The position numbers and the translations under genes are program-made. Below are positions 38,888 through 51,091 of a DNA stretch of 64,000 bases, piece by piece. The notes beneath the pieces are model-generated. The model did no database searches and had not been told where the DNA came from. It worked only from the letters and a program-made list of their open reading frames with translations. The stretch's first letter is position 1. Each line of letters begins with the position of its first letter. Source of the DNA: Octopus vulgaris (lineage: Eukaryota); the NCBI GenBank assembly GCA_951406725.2, contig OX597820.1:32922001-32986000 (forward strand), written 5' to 3'.

Positions 38888-39348
38888 CCGTATCGAAGTA
38901 TGGTAAGCTGGAAAAAAATGTCTTATCTTTCACGGTGGGGAGGCAGGGTTGCCAGATATGCGAATAAAATACAAGAGTTAAGGAATGGAGTAGATAACAT
39001 CCTTCACTCTTGTATATATATAAGATAGTGGTACAACAATGCACCAATATTTAATGGAATCAATAATATACGACGTTATAGTAAAGTTTCAGTTGTACTT
39101 TAACCTGATGCTTTGTTTTTCAGGTTAAAGTATAACTGAAGCTTTACTATAGCGTCGTATATTATTGACTCCTATTTCTCGTAAATATTGGTGCATTGTT
39201 GTACCACTATCTTATATACATATATATAATTAAGGATATTATCTACTCCATTCCTTAACTCTTGTATTTTATTCGTATACTTGGCAACCCTGCCTCCCTA
39301 CCGTGAAAGATAAAACATTTTTTTCCAGCTTACCATACTTCGATACGG
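38888..39348. mobile_element. ~460-bp foldback/MITE palindrome
   Basis: CCGTATCGAAGTATGGTAAGCTGG ... CCAGCTTACCATACTTCGATACGG; arms ~220 bp meeting at AACCTGA-TGCTTTGTTTT-TCAGGTT. Confidence 0.85.
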
Positions 39349-39627
39349 AAAAAATTCACTACATTCTGCCTCAATATATCACTAGAAAGTTTGTTTTTTT
39401 TTAATATTTTCTACGGTTTGCATGAAGCTAACCTTCTTCCTACACATCGATCCTTGGATCTTACATTTATACACACACACACACACACACTTCGAAACGC
39501 AGAGTAGATAAAACAGGACAATTGATGAAGGAATTGTTCTTTATGTTGCCTGTCTCGTTTCTCTATTTGCTTCTTTCGTTGTTCAAAACAAAAGTTCGTT
39601 TTCCATGTTTTTGTTTTTTATACATTA

Positions 39628-40014
39628 CTAGCAGTATCGCCCGGCGTTGCTCGGATTTGTAAGGGAAATAACTATATAAGCATTTTTAGAGATGTAAAGT
39701 ATAATTGCCATCTCAATATGGCTAACCACAAAGGGGGTGGGGTGTTACTGTAGCTTTTAACGTTCTGAGATTTAATAATAAATTTTTAGAGAGTTACTTC
39801 CCTTATATATGCCAAAAATGCATTAAAAATGGGAAAAATTGATGGTAATTTTTTTTTTAATCGTAGACTCATGCTAATACCCAGAAGGGCTCGATATGAA
39901 TCACAACTATAAGATACCCGGTTTTGGTTAAACTACACCGCAAATTGTGGGAGTAGTTAGGAATCTAAATCGTAGGAGACAGACAGCACACAAACTCTCT
40001 TTTATATATAAAGA
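39628..40014 (-). mobile_element. Non-autonomous Helitron-like element
   Basis: Same 5'-TC / hairpin-CTAG-3' ends as 29775-30286; splits a host inverted-repeat arm at A|T. Confidence 0.8.
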
Positions 40015-40258
40015 TTTACGTTTTGACGGATTTTATCCTCATCTTGTTTGTTGTTAACACAATACCCTCCAGCCTTCACCAACTCTGACATCAGCCGAAA
40101 CGTTGAAGACAAAATCCGTCAAAATGCAAATAATGTACATAGTTCCTCATCTCTTAAATATAGAATTGTAGTTTTTTCTTCTTGTCTTTCATATTGTTCA
40201 CGTTTTTTTGACGTCCTGTACCCATATATGCATGTATATATACATATATATATGTAGG

Positions 40259-40305
<47 letters not shown>

Positions 40306-41096
40306 ATATATATGTGTGTATATATATGTATATATACACACACACATATAATCAAGCCTTTGTAATTTGTATTGTAAACCAATTGAAAGATGACAAGTAA
40401 ATATTAGTGAAAAAAGAAAATTAATTAAACAAACCAACAAGCTAATTACTACAGTAAGATAATTACGAATACGTAACAATCCGTCATTATCCCTCGATAA
40501 TTGACCTGTTACTTTGTTCTAGTAATTTTTCACTAATTCTGCGCAATTAAGTACAAAATAGAAATAGTTTTTATAGACCAGTCAAGCAGAAATAGCAGTT
40601 AAATTCACAGTTTTCAGTTGTAAAAAAAAAAAAGGACGCAAAGAATGTGAATATTTGAGAGGTTTATAAGAAAGGAAAATTATGTTAATAAATATATTTA
40701 AAAAAAACCCTGACATAGTAGTAGAGTGTACAGAACGGACAAACTATAAGGGGCTTTCTATCTTGCAGTAACTAACTGGTTGCTTTGCGTTTTATACTTA
40801 CTATGATAGACCAGACTAATTAGAAATAGCAGTCAAAACCACATGCCTTGTAATAAAAACGGAAGACGAAAAGCTGCGGACTCTAGGATATTATTTGTAT
40901 GAGGAAAACACAGCAAACGATGGGTGGACAGCAGAAGATGTGGATGAATGTAATTACACCTAAGATTTTAAAAAATAAATAAAATAACGGCAACGGAGAT
41001 CATAGAATGCGAGTCTGATGCCTTCTGGAAAAAGTAGTAAAGGGGATTTTAAGGTATTAAGTCTGTTTTTAGTTTGTTTATATCTCCCGGGTGGGA

Positions 41097-41286
41097 GATG
41101 GGCTGAATCCTGGAAGTACTGCTATACCAGGCCAACCCGTGGCAAAGGCGGAGCAAGCCCCTAACTCTTCGCCTCGTTCTAAAAATCAGTTTAATATCGA
41201 TGGTCCCAAATAGGGACCGTATCAGATATTAAGCTGATAAGAACAGATACTACACTTTGATCTTAGCCAAAAGGCCGAGAAGCGAT
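41097..41286 (-). ncRNA. U2: U2 spliceosomal snRNA, full length (~190 nt)
   Basis: - strand ATCGCTTCTCGGCCTTTTGGCTAAGATCAAAGTGTAGTATCTGTTCTTATCAGCTTAATATCTGATACGGTCCCTATTTGGGACC...GATTTTTAG...GGGGCTTGCTCC...GGGTTGGCCTGGTATAGCAGTACTTCCAGGATTCAGCCC; branch-pairing GUAGUA and all stems intact; 3'-box-like CTAAAAACAGA downstream. Confidence 0.97.
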
Positions 41287-41329
41287 ACCTGATTCTGGGA
41301 ACCCATAGAGGTATCTATACATACTTCAA

Positions 41330-41355
41330 TTTTGTACACCGACTGATTTATACTT
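41330..41355 (-). promoter_or_regulatory. Candidate snRNA proximal sequence element
   Basis: ACACCGACTGATTTA (+ strand) at about -50 to -65 of U2; similar words at equivalent positions near 36626, 33217 and 31408. Confidence 0.45.
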
Positions 41356-42910
41356 ACACTTATATAGCTGTATTTAATTATTCTCTTTATCTCATATAAA
41401 CTCTCTGTATTGCATCTACGTAGTATATAAAATTAAATATTTTTCGTGTATAAATTGGGGCAAATTTTTCTAATTTTTGTTTAAATGTAGTGAATTATCG
41501 TGACGCAGTTATATATAATTAAGACAGACAACAAGTTCAAGGTCATAATGTTTACGTGTCGTTATACATAGATTATAACCCGAACATCACAAGGAAATAT
41601 ATATATTTTCCAAATATCAAGAGTAAACAATAAGTATGAACAGAAACAATGTTTTCTTCTAAATGAATGTTAATTATTGTTTTTAAATGTGAAAACGTTA
41701 AATTTAATAATTTATTTAGTTATCATTGTCGTTTTAAAAAATAACAACAACGCGTACTGCCATCTCTTGGCTGAATTGGATATGATAGCGAGTTAACGAA
41801 CTTGATTAGTAGTAGTTTTCGCTTTGTAAACAATACACGTGCTAACTCTGATGTTAGAGGAAGAACCTTTTTCTTTTCACGTCTCAATGTGAATCCCATT
41901 AAATTACACCGGCGACAAACGAAACATTGCCAATTACACCTTTTAGAATTATCAATGTGAACATCTTCGCTTCCTCTTTAACATATGTAAAGTAACGATT
42001 CAACGTCATGCTAGAAATAATAGTCTAATCTCGCTCTAATCACATTCACTACTGCCTTCAGCGAGGATGGAAATATGAAATAATATAATTCTAGGTACGG
42101 CGTGATTGAAAGAAAAACGAGATGGTCACGGCTGGAACAGCTTAACAATCACCATATCCAAACACACACTCAGCTATTAGGAGCTGGCAAATCGTTTCAG
42201 CGTCGGACAAAGTGTTTTGCGACATTTCTTCCGGCTCTTTTCGTTCCCAGTTCAAATGCTACGGGTTATCTACGGACCAACGTCATGCTAGAAATAATAG
42301 CCTAGTGTCACCGTAATCACATGTAAAATAATATAATTCTAAATACACTATAAATGTAAGAAAGACGAGATAGTCACGGCTGGAGTAGCTTAACAATAAC
42401 CGCAACAAAACACATATTAAACTAAGAGTTGTCAGAGCGTTGGATAAGATGTCCTGCGATTTTTGTTCCGAGTTCAGATTCCACAACGATCAGCTGTACC
42501 TTTTACCCACCCGGGGTCTATAATTTTAATCGACTAATTTCTTCCCAACTCAAAATTGGTGACCTTCTTTGTATCTAAGTTATTAATTTTTATTCACGGG
42601 CATTTGTTTTATTTCTTCAAAATCAAAACAGACGCCTCATTAAATTGAGGTCGGGTGGGAGAAACGATCACAGACGTGAGGGATAATGGAAATACTTACA
42701 AAATCGAAATCTTTGAAAATATCTATTATTTTTTTGTTGTGGTAAAAAGCTTGCTTCATAAGGCGGGCAAAATGCTTAACCGTATTTCGTCTGACTTTAC
42801 GTTCTGAGTTCAAATTCCGCCGAGGTCGACTTTGTCTTTCATCTTTTCGGGGTCGATAAATTAAGTACCAGTTGCCCCAAAATTTCGGGCCTTGTGCCTA
42901 GAGATGAAAA

Positions 42911-43250
42911 GAAGCTTGCTTCATAGCCACATGGTTCCAGGTTCAGTCCCACTGCGTGGCACCTTCGGCAAGTGTCTTTTACTATAGCCTCGGCCAACCA
43001 AAGCTTTGTAAATGGATTTTGGTAGACTGAAACTGAAAGAACCCCGTCGTGTGTGTGTGCGTGTGTGTTGTTTGTTTGTTTGTTCCTCACCATCGCTTAG
43101 TGTGTTTACGTCTCCGTAACTTAACGGTTCGGCGAAATAGACCGATAGAATAAGTACTAGGCTTACAAAGAATAAGTCCTGGGGTCGATTTGTCCGACTA
43201 AAGGCGATGCTCCAGAATGGCCGCAGTCAAATGGCTGAAAGAATAAAAGG
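42911..43250 (+). mobile_element. SINE family A whose head is interrupted by a family B insertion (~42760-42905)
   Basis: AAGCTTGCTTCATA occurs at ~42747 and ~42912, flanking the B copy like a TSD. Confidence 0.8.
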
Positions 43251-43405
43251 AATATGTGTGTGTGTGTGTGCGTGCGTGCATATATATGTGTGTGTGGTGT
43301 GTGTGTATATGTATGTATGTGTGTGGGTATACATCTATGTATATATATATATATATCATTTAGAGAATTATTATTGCTATATATATATATATATATATGT
43401 ACGTA

Positions 43406-44267
43406 ATAATAATAATAATAATGTTCGTCCTTCGGTTCGAAGATGACCAACTGACATCATCTGATGGAACTGGCGCCATGAGACCGGAGGTGGCTGGTGA
43501 GGCCAATCCGGGCAAGGAAGCCCCTCCCACAGGTGGGGCAGAAGTGGGTAGGGGCCGTACTACTGGTGCAGGCGGCTCTGGCTTTACGCATCTGACGTTT
43601 CTGCTCCGCTGACCGAATCCGTCCCTCCTCGGCTGTCCCTGCTCCCACGGTGATTGCGCTGCGCCAGGATGAGCGGTTGGCAGCAAGTGTCTCCCAGGTC
43701 TCTGTTCCGATGGAGAAGTCTTTGAGAGAGACCTTGAGACTATCCTTGTAGCGCTTCTTCTGCCCTCCGACTTTGCGCCTGCCCTGGCCGAGTTCACCGT
43801 AGAAGAGCTGTTTTGGGATGCAAGTGTCGGACATGCGGGAGACGTGGCCCGCCCATCTCAGCTGGGCCTTGCGCATGATTGTGATGGTGCTAGGGAGATC
43901 TGCCTGCTTCAGAACTTCCGTGTCTGGGACTTTGTCCTGCCAGCGGATGTGAAGGAGGTTCCGAAGACACCTGAGATGGAAGTGGTTTATCTGGCGCTCG
44001 TGCCTTCGGTAAGCAGTCCACGTCTCGCAGCCGTATAGTAGGGTGGTAAGCACGACTGCCCGGTAGACTTTCAGCTTGGTGTTGAGGCTGATTCCTCTCC
44101 GCTCCCAGACTTTCTTTCGCAGTCTCCCAAACGCGCTGCTTGCCTTGGAGATTCTGTTGATGGTTTCAGCATCTATGTTGGCATTGCAGGAGAGAGTGCT
44201 GCCCAGGTAGGTGAAGTTTTCCACCACTCGTAGGATCCGTCCGTTCACCCTTATCTGAGGCTCATGG
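43406..44267 (-). mobile_element. Young 5'-truncated RTE-clade LINE with uninterrupted ORF2 C-terminus
   Basis: VENFTYLGS, SKASSAFGRL, LLYGCETW, LRWAGHV, terminal C2H2 CPTC..HLRSH; (ATT)n tail; 10-bp TSD TATGTACGTA at 43396-43405 and 44268-44277. Confidence 0.95.
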
Positions 44268-44301
44268 TATGTACGTATGCACACACACACACACACATAC
44301 A

Positions 44302-44540
44302 TACAACGTGTTCATAAATTATCTTTACAACTTCTACAATTTATATAGTATCTATTAAAGTCAATCAACTGTTTTTTTATTGGAAACGTCAGAACACGTG
44401 GAAGTGTTCTGATGGTTCTCATAAAACCTGTTTTGTTTTCCCTGCTTTCCAATAAACATATTCTGGATTATCCTAATTTTTCACTTTTCTTTTACTGAAA
44501 TTTTCAAATTGTAAAGATAAAATCCTGGACACCCAGTATC
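44302..44540. mobile_element. Degenerate Tc1-like MITE
   Basis: TACAACGTGTTCATAAATTATCTTTACAA / TTGTAAAGATAAAATCCTGGACACCCAGTA imperfect TIRs. Confidence 0.55.
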
Positions 44541-45324
44541 AGAATCAACACAAGGTCACTAAAAAAATAGAAAAACTACCTTTTTTGATTCCGAAATGCC
44601 GTCAAATTTCAGTCCCGGACAAGGCGACACTCATATGACAGGTTGTTCAACAAGAACTAACAGTCAAATTTCCCTCAAGTCACATGCTATCATTGTTTTG
44701 ATAAAGATGCATCTAAACAGTACTTGTGTTTGTTAAGGCGCAGGTCAGTCATGACTGAGCAGGCCTCTGATCAAGGGCATTCTAACCGTGACCATCTCGT
44801 CTTTTCGTTGCGTGTAATGAACCTGAGGAGGAACAGTGTCTTCGAGTGAGATTTAGCTGCTATTTCTTCTAAACGGGCGTTAGGTTTCACGTAGGAGTCT
44901 GGAGTAAAATTACTGGGCAACAGACGTATGGGGTATGTGCGTGCGTGTGTGCGTGCGTGCGTGCGTGTGTGTGTGTGTGCGTGCGTGCGTGCGTGTGTGT
45001 GTGTGTACCTGCATGTATGTGGCTGTGTGGTGTGGGTATAAGTGTGGTGTGTGTATGAGTGTGTGTGTGTATGAGTGTGTGATTGTGTGTGTATGTATGT
45101 ACGTATGTATGTATACATGCCGTTTTTATATAAGGTATATGTGAACTATAGCGTCGGTAGTTACAGTTTTTACCAACGATTGATTGTTCGTTTGTTGTAT
45201 TTCGTGCGATGAACGTCACCACGAGGACCTGCACAACTTAAACCAAGCTATAATTCATTTTGTTCGACATTCTGGTTTGTCAGATGTTCACCAATATTTT
45301 TGTATGTTTTGTGAATATATGAAA

Positions 45325-45550
45325 TAAATAAATGCGCCCTTTTAGAGTCTAGCCAGGCTCATGGGCCCGGTTTCTATGGTGTATGTGTTCCCCAGATGGA
45401 CGTGACGCCAGTCCATCGTAGAATGGACTGGAGCAACGTGAAATGAAGTGTTTTGCTTAAGAACACAACGCGTCGCCAAGTCCAGGAATCGAAACCACAA
45501 TCTTACGATCATGATGCTGACACCCTAACCACTAAGCCACGCGTTTCCAC
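45325..45550 (-). mobile_element. tRNA-derived SINE family C
   Basis: Reverse-complement homology to 53222-53475. Confidence 0.75.
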
Positions 45551-46126
45551 GTTTTGTGAATATACACATACAAAATAACGAACGTTTTGTGGACAGTTTT
45601 GTTGTTTAGTACTAGGGCCGCCATGAACGTGTAAACTTGTGATGAATGCCGTTCAAATTATGACCATCCCGTCTTTTTGTGTATTAGCGACCACATTGTT
45701 CAGGGTTTCCTATTTTTTAGTGTGTATGATTTGGGTGAGATATGACTGCTATTTACAGCAAATCGAGTGATTGATGAGGGGTTCACTTAGCATAGAATAT
45801 TCACATAGGAGTAGACAGACAGTCGATATTATAACTAAGTCTGTGTATAACTAGATCCCTAACCTTAAATGCTCAAACCCGTAAATAGGCTAAGGCCAAC
45901 AGATGTGAAGTCCCCATTTCAATTGGTGACGGACCAAAACCAGATGTGAAATGTTTTCTTTTATTCTTTTATTTGTTTTTGTTTCAGTTATTTGACAGCG
46001 GCCATGTTGGGGCACCGCCTTTCGTCGAGCAAATCCGTCCCAGGACTTATTCTTTGTAAGCTCAGTACTTATTCTATCGGTTGGTTGTCAAGCGATGGTG
46101 ATGGTGGGGACAAACACAAACACACA

Positions 46127-46164
<38 letters not shown>

Positions 46165-46165
<1 letters not shown>

Positions 46166-46325
46166 TATAGGATAAAATTTTTTTCGGGAAAATTTTTTTA
46201 TCAATGGCCAGCATATCAAAAAATGCCTTTAAAGGTAAAATTTATACATAATTTACAAGATAAGGGCAGAAGAAAAATTTTGTTTCGGCGTATCTGGCAT
46301 TAGAATTTTTCTTCTACCCTTATCT

Positions 46326-46330
<5 letters not shown>
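46165..46330 (-). mobile_element. Short (TA)n-embedded foldback element
   Basis: Tail with TCAATGGCCAGCATA; arms TACAAGATAAGGGCAGAAGAAAAATT / AATTTTTTCTTCTACCCTTATCTTGTA. Confidence 0.7.
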
Positions 46331-46374
<44 letters not shown>

Positions 46375-46414
46375 ATGTATGTATATACATGTATATACAT
46401 ATATATATACGTAA

Positions 46415-46472
<58 letters not shown>

Positions 46473-46492
46473 ATATATATATATATATATAT

Positions 46493-46847
46493 AGCAATAA
46501 TAATTCTCTAGACGAGATATAAACAGTAACTGCTCCATAACATAAGGGACATCAGCCATCTGAATGTGGCTAGGGACAGGGCAGGGCGGTGGGGGTGTTA
46601 CTGATGCATTTAGCCCCAGGCGATCATCAACGTCACTAGGAGGGCTGACACCATCACGGCGTCCTCTAGCCTGCAAAGGGAGATCATTCCCCGAAGAAGC
46701 GGATGCCACATACGGACCTAGTTTTCAAGGTGTTTGCCTATTATCAACGCATGGTAGGCACCGCTCCTCGACGAACCTAAATGCATCAGTAACACCCCCA
46801 CCGCCCTGCCCTGTCCCTAGCCACATTCAGATGGCTGATGTCCCTTA

Positions 46848-46849
<2 letters not shown>
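46493..46849 (-). mobile_element. GC-rich (TA)n-embedded foldback element with degenerate hammerhead in the loop
   Basis: 73-bp arms 46541-46613 / 46777-46849; its tail GCAATAATAATTCTCTA also occurs inverted at ~43360-43380; loop on - has TCGAGGA..GGTGCCTA..TAGGCA..CACC..GAAAACTAGGTC. Confidence 0.7.
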
Positions 46850-46907
<58 letters not shown>

Positions 46908-46911
<4 letters not shown>

Positions 46912-47329
46912 GTAAATATAAGAGAGTTACCGTTACGTATGCAATCGATTGGACCGCATGGGTATTTATCGCCCGTGTGGGTTTAATAAATTGTATCGAA
47001 AACAAATGCTGCTGATGATTTATAGATAAATATGTAAGTATAATTGCATATTATGTTGATAAAGAAACAATTGTTCAGCATTAATTTATCTTTTCGTTGT
47101 ATTTCGCTTTCCATACGTTGGCGGTAATGTTATTTCTTTTGTGAAAGCAAATTCGGTGGCTATACCAGAATAAGGAGCTATTTCTAGCACTAGAGTTAAC
47201 CACTTAACGGTAACTCTCTTATATTTACGTATAAATTTGTATTGTCTCCCTGGTTTTTTATGTGCTAGGCCACTTGGTGTTAAACTGATGGTATTATTAA
47301 ATTAATATCTAATTTTTCACCCTCATTTA

Positions 47330-47330
<1 letters not shown>
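46908..47330 (+). mobile_element. (TA)n-embedded foldback element, tail on the right
   Basis: Arms ACGTAAATATAAGAGAGTTACCGTTA (46910-46935) / 47205-47230; tail ..GTGCTAGGCCACTTGGTG..TTTCACCCT is the reverse complement of the 18225/24125-type tail. Confidence 0.75.
47005..47082 (+). ncRNA. Type I hammerhead ribozyme with intact core
   Basis: Helix I AATGCTG/CAGCATT; CTGATGA 47012-47018; helix II TTTAT/ATAAA extended by AATATGTAA/TTGCATATT; GAAAC 47064-47068; palindromic helix III ACAATTGT; predicted cleavage GUU^ after 47075. Confidence 0.82.
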
Positions 47331-47380
<50 letters not shown>

Positions 47381-47384
47381 ATAT

Positions 47385-47600
47385 CGGCGAGCTGGCAGAA
47401 ACGTTAGCATGCCGGGCGAAATGCTTAGCAGTATTTCGTCTGTCGTTACGTTCTGAGTTCAAATTCCGCCAAGGTCGACTTTGCCTGTCATCCTTTCGGG
47501 GTCGATTAAATAAATACCAGTTACGCACTGGGGTCGACATAATCGACCTAATCCGTTTGTCTGTTCTTGTTTGTCCCCTAGTGGGCAGTAAAGAAATAAT
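47385..47600 (+). mobile_element. SINE family B, full length
   Basis: Homologous to 38257-38490. Confidence 0.87.
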
Positions 47601-47601
47601 A

Positions 47602-47639
<38 letters not shown>

Positions 47640-47644
<5 letters not shown>

Positions 47645-48045
47645 GACAGGCTTCTTTCAGTTTCCGTCTACTAAACCTGCTCGCAAGGCTTTGGCCGGCC
47701 CGAAGCTATAGTAGAAGACAACTGCCTAAGGTGTCACGCAGTGGGACTGAACCCGGAACCATGTGGTTTGGAAGCAAGTTTCTTATCACACAGCTACTCC
47801 TGCGCCTGTATGTTTGACTTATAATTTTTATCTTTTGCTTGTTTCAGTCATTAGATTGCGGCCATGCTGGAGCACCTCACTGAAGAGTTCTTAATCGGAT
47901 GAATGGTCCCCATTACTTGTTTTCTTTCTTTTTTTTAAAGCCTGGTACTTATTCTATCAGTCTCTTTGCTGAACCGTTAAGTCATGGGATGTAAACACAC
48001 CAACACCGGTTGTCAAGCAGTCGTGTAGTCGAACATAGACATGAA

Positions 48046-48083
<38 letters not shown>

Positions 48084-48515
48084 AACAAATATGTGTGTGT
48101 GTATAAAAAATTTTTAAATGTTCCTTCTCGAGCCATGCCAAGCTCATAAGGGCCGTTTTCCCGGTTTCAGTGGCGTAGAAATTCCCCACCTGGATGGGAC
48201 GCTGGTCCGTCGCAAGATTACTCATTTTTGCCAGCTGAGTGGACTGGAGCAACGTAAAAATGAAGTGTTTTGCTCAAGAACACAACGCATCGCCCGGTCC
48301 AGGAATCGATCATGAGTTCATCACCCTAACCACTAAGCTACATATGTATGTGTATATACGACAGGATTCTTTCAATTTCCGCCAACCAAATGCACCTACA
48401 AGATTGACTGGGTCGAGGCTATAGTAGAAGACACTCAAGGTGCCGCACAGTGGACTCAACCCCAAATCACGTGGTTGGGAAGCATGCTTCTTACCACACA
48501 GCCACACTCGCACCT
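47640..48515 (-). mobile_element. Stack of SINE A pieces with a SINE C (48118-48345)
   Basis: Reverse-complement matches to family A head and tail and to family C. Confidence 0.75.
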
Positions 48516-48704
48516 ATATAAGGGCCACAGGTGTACGTGTAGGAGCAGTGTGAGCAAAGGATTAAGAAGTTCGTTTTCGCTGCGTGGCAACTTCGGTTAG
48601 TGTTATTTTCTAAAGCCTCGGATTAACGCAAACCAAATGATTGAAATCTGATTAATGGAAACTGTATCGAAGCTAGCCAGGTGTATTTTTACATATAATC
48701 TTTT

Positions 48705-49145
48705 TTAACTCTAGGCACAAGGCCCGAAATTTTTGGGAAGGGACTAGTCAATTAGATAGACCCCAGTACGCAGCTGGTACTTAATTTATCGACCCCGAAA
48801 GGATGAAAGGCAAAGTCGACCTCGGCGGAATTTGAACTTAGAACGTAAACACAGACGAAATACATATTTCTTTACTACCCACACAGAGAGGACAAACTAG
48901 GACAGACAAACGGATTAAGTCGATTATATCGACCCCAGTGCGTAACTGTTACTTATTTAAATCACCCCGAAAGGATGAAAGGTAAATTCGACCTCGGCGG
49001 AATTTGAACTCAGAACGTAGCGGTAGATGAAATAGCTATCTTTTACTACCCACAAGGGGCTAAACAAAAAGGGGGCGAACAAGGACAGACAAACGGATTA
49101 AGTCGATTACATCGACCCCAGAGCGTAACTGGTACTTAATTTATC
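48705..49145 (-). mobile_element. SINE family B head-to-tail multimer (three partial units)
   Basis: Units joined at GAAATACATATTTC (~48860) and GAAATAGCTATC (~49030). Confidence 0.85.
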
Positions 49146-49927
49146 GGGGAGAGAGGTTCAGCTAGTGTATGGGGGCCGGGGCAGGGATATTAAAAAAAAA
49201 GAGGCTCGGAGATATCCGGTGGGACTCTAGGCATCTACGAAGAGAGCCTACAGATTTACGAAGAGGGTAAGCGGAGAGATAAAGATTTCACTCTTGCTAG
49301 TTTGGGCCCAAAGCAATTTTTGCTCGGCCTTGCAAAAGTATTTATTTCGAAGCTTCCTGCTCTACGTCTCGGGACATAGAGATCCAAAACAAATGACAAT
49401 AGGGAAATCTACAGAACGTTTTTAACCACTCGCCATCATGTCAGTCGTTCTGACAGATGCAATTATTAAAACATGATTTCAGTGGCATAGAGATTGCCCT
49501 CCTGGACGGGATGCCGGTCCGTTGCAGGATTGCTCATTTTTGCCAGCTGAGTGGACTGGAGCAACGTGAAATAAAGTGTAACCTTATTTAGCTGTTATTT
49601 CTCACGGCTTGAGTGACTAGACCGCATAGAACGGTTCCACATATTAGGGGATGATGCAATGGCGGGTTGGATGGCTGACATTTTGAAAGTTAAAAAAATT
49701 TTGTTTTAAATGTTTATTTTGACTTTCTACCCGACCATAACTTACATTTCTTTGATGTCAACATCGTGGTTGTCTATTGTTTGTATTGTTTTGGTGGTGG
49801 TGGTGGTGGTGGTGGAGAGTTGGTTTAAAGTCAGCTTCTCTGTCCACCTGTCCGTCTGTCTGTATGTTTGTATGTATGTATGTCTCTGTCTGCTTGTAGG
49901 TCTGTCCGTCTGTTTGTATGCCTATAT

Positions 49928-50511
49928 ATCTATATATATAAAACTGAGAATGTGTGTGTTGTGTCTGTCTGTGTGAATGTATGTATGAATCACTAAAAGT
50001 CGAAAACTACGAAACCGATTTCATTCAAATTTTACACATGCATTACTTAGGGTCCTTGGAGTATCATGGGCCAAAAGATTTTCAATTTCTTGCCTAATGC
50101 GGGCCCGGAGCAATCTCTTACACCGGTTCGGCATTACGTGTCAAAAGTGAAACAATAACATCTATATTGTAATGTGATATAATATTGTTTCACTTTCTAA
50201 TATCATAAGACTATAATATTGTTTCCCCTTTATTCTTTCACTTTTAATTCTAATGTCGTAATACTTAGATCATCTTATTTTACACAGTGTTCAATTACCA
50301 GTTAATAATTATCGTAGCAGTTGCAACGTTGCAAGGTATATACAGTTACATATCAACCTTTAAATTAACATTTAATACACGTGCTTAATCTATATATATA
50401 TATATAAGATTGTTTGTCTCTCTGTCTCTACGTAATCATAACAGCGACAAGGTAGATACGTGATCACCTTTTCTTTACTAAACGTGATGTAGTTTTATGT
50501 AAGTATGTATG

Positions 50512-50600
<89 letters not shown>

Positions 50601-50725
50601 TTATGTATATATAAATGCATATATATGTGTGTGTGTATGTATATATATGTATATATGTGTGTGTATGTATATACATATATGTATATATGTATATATATGT
50701 ATATATGTATATATATAAATGCATA

Positions 50726-50797
<72 letters not shown>

Positions 50798-51091
50798 CGA
50801 CAGAAGACTGTCGTATATATGTGTATGTTTGTTGGTGGGGGTGCGTGTTTGTGTTTGTACCCCCGCCTTCGCTTGACAACCGATGTTGCTGTGTTTACGT
50901 CCCAGTAACTTAGTGGTTCGGCAAAAGTCACCGGTAGAATAAGTAATAGGCTTACAACGAATAAACCCTAGGGTCGATTTGTTCGACTAAAGGCGGTGCT
51001 CCAGCACGGCCGCAGTCACATGACTGAAACAGATAAAAAAATAAAAAACTATGCCATTATATTCCAAGCAACGCCGGGTAGCTCTGCTCGT
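49928..51091 (+). mobile_element. Helitron-like element with nested microsatellite and SINE A fragment
   Basis: 5' TCTATATATATAAAACTG..TGTCTG; typical ACCGATTTCATTCAAATTTTACACA block; degenerate 3' GCAACGCCGGGTAGCTCTGCTCGT. Confidence 0.55.
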
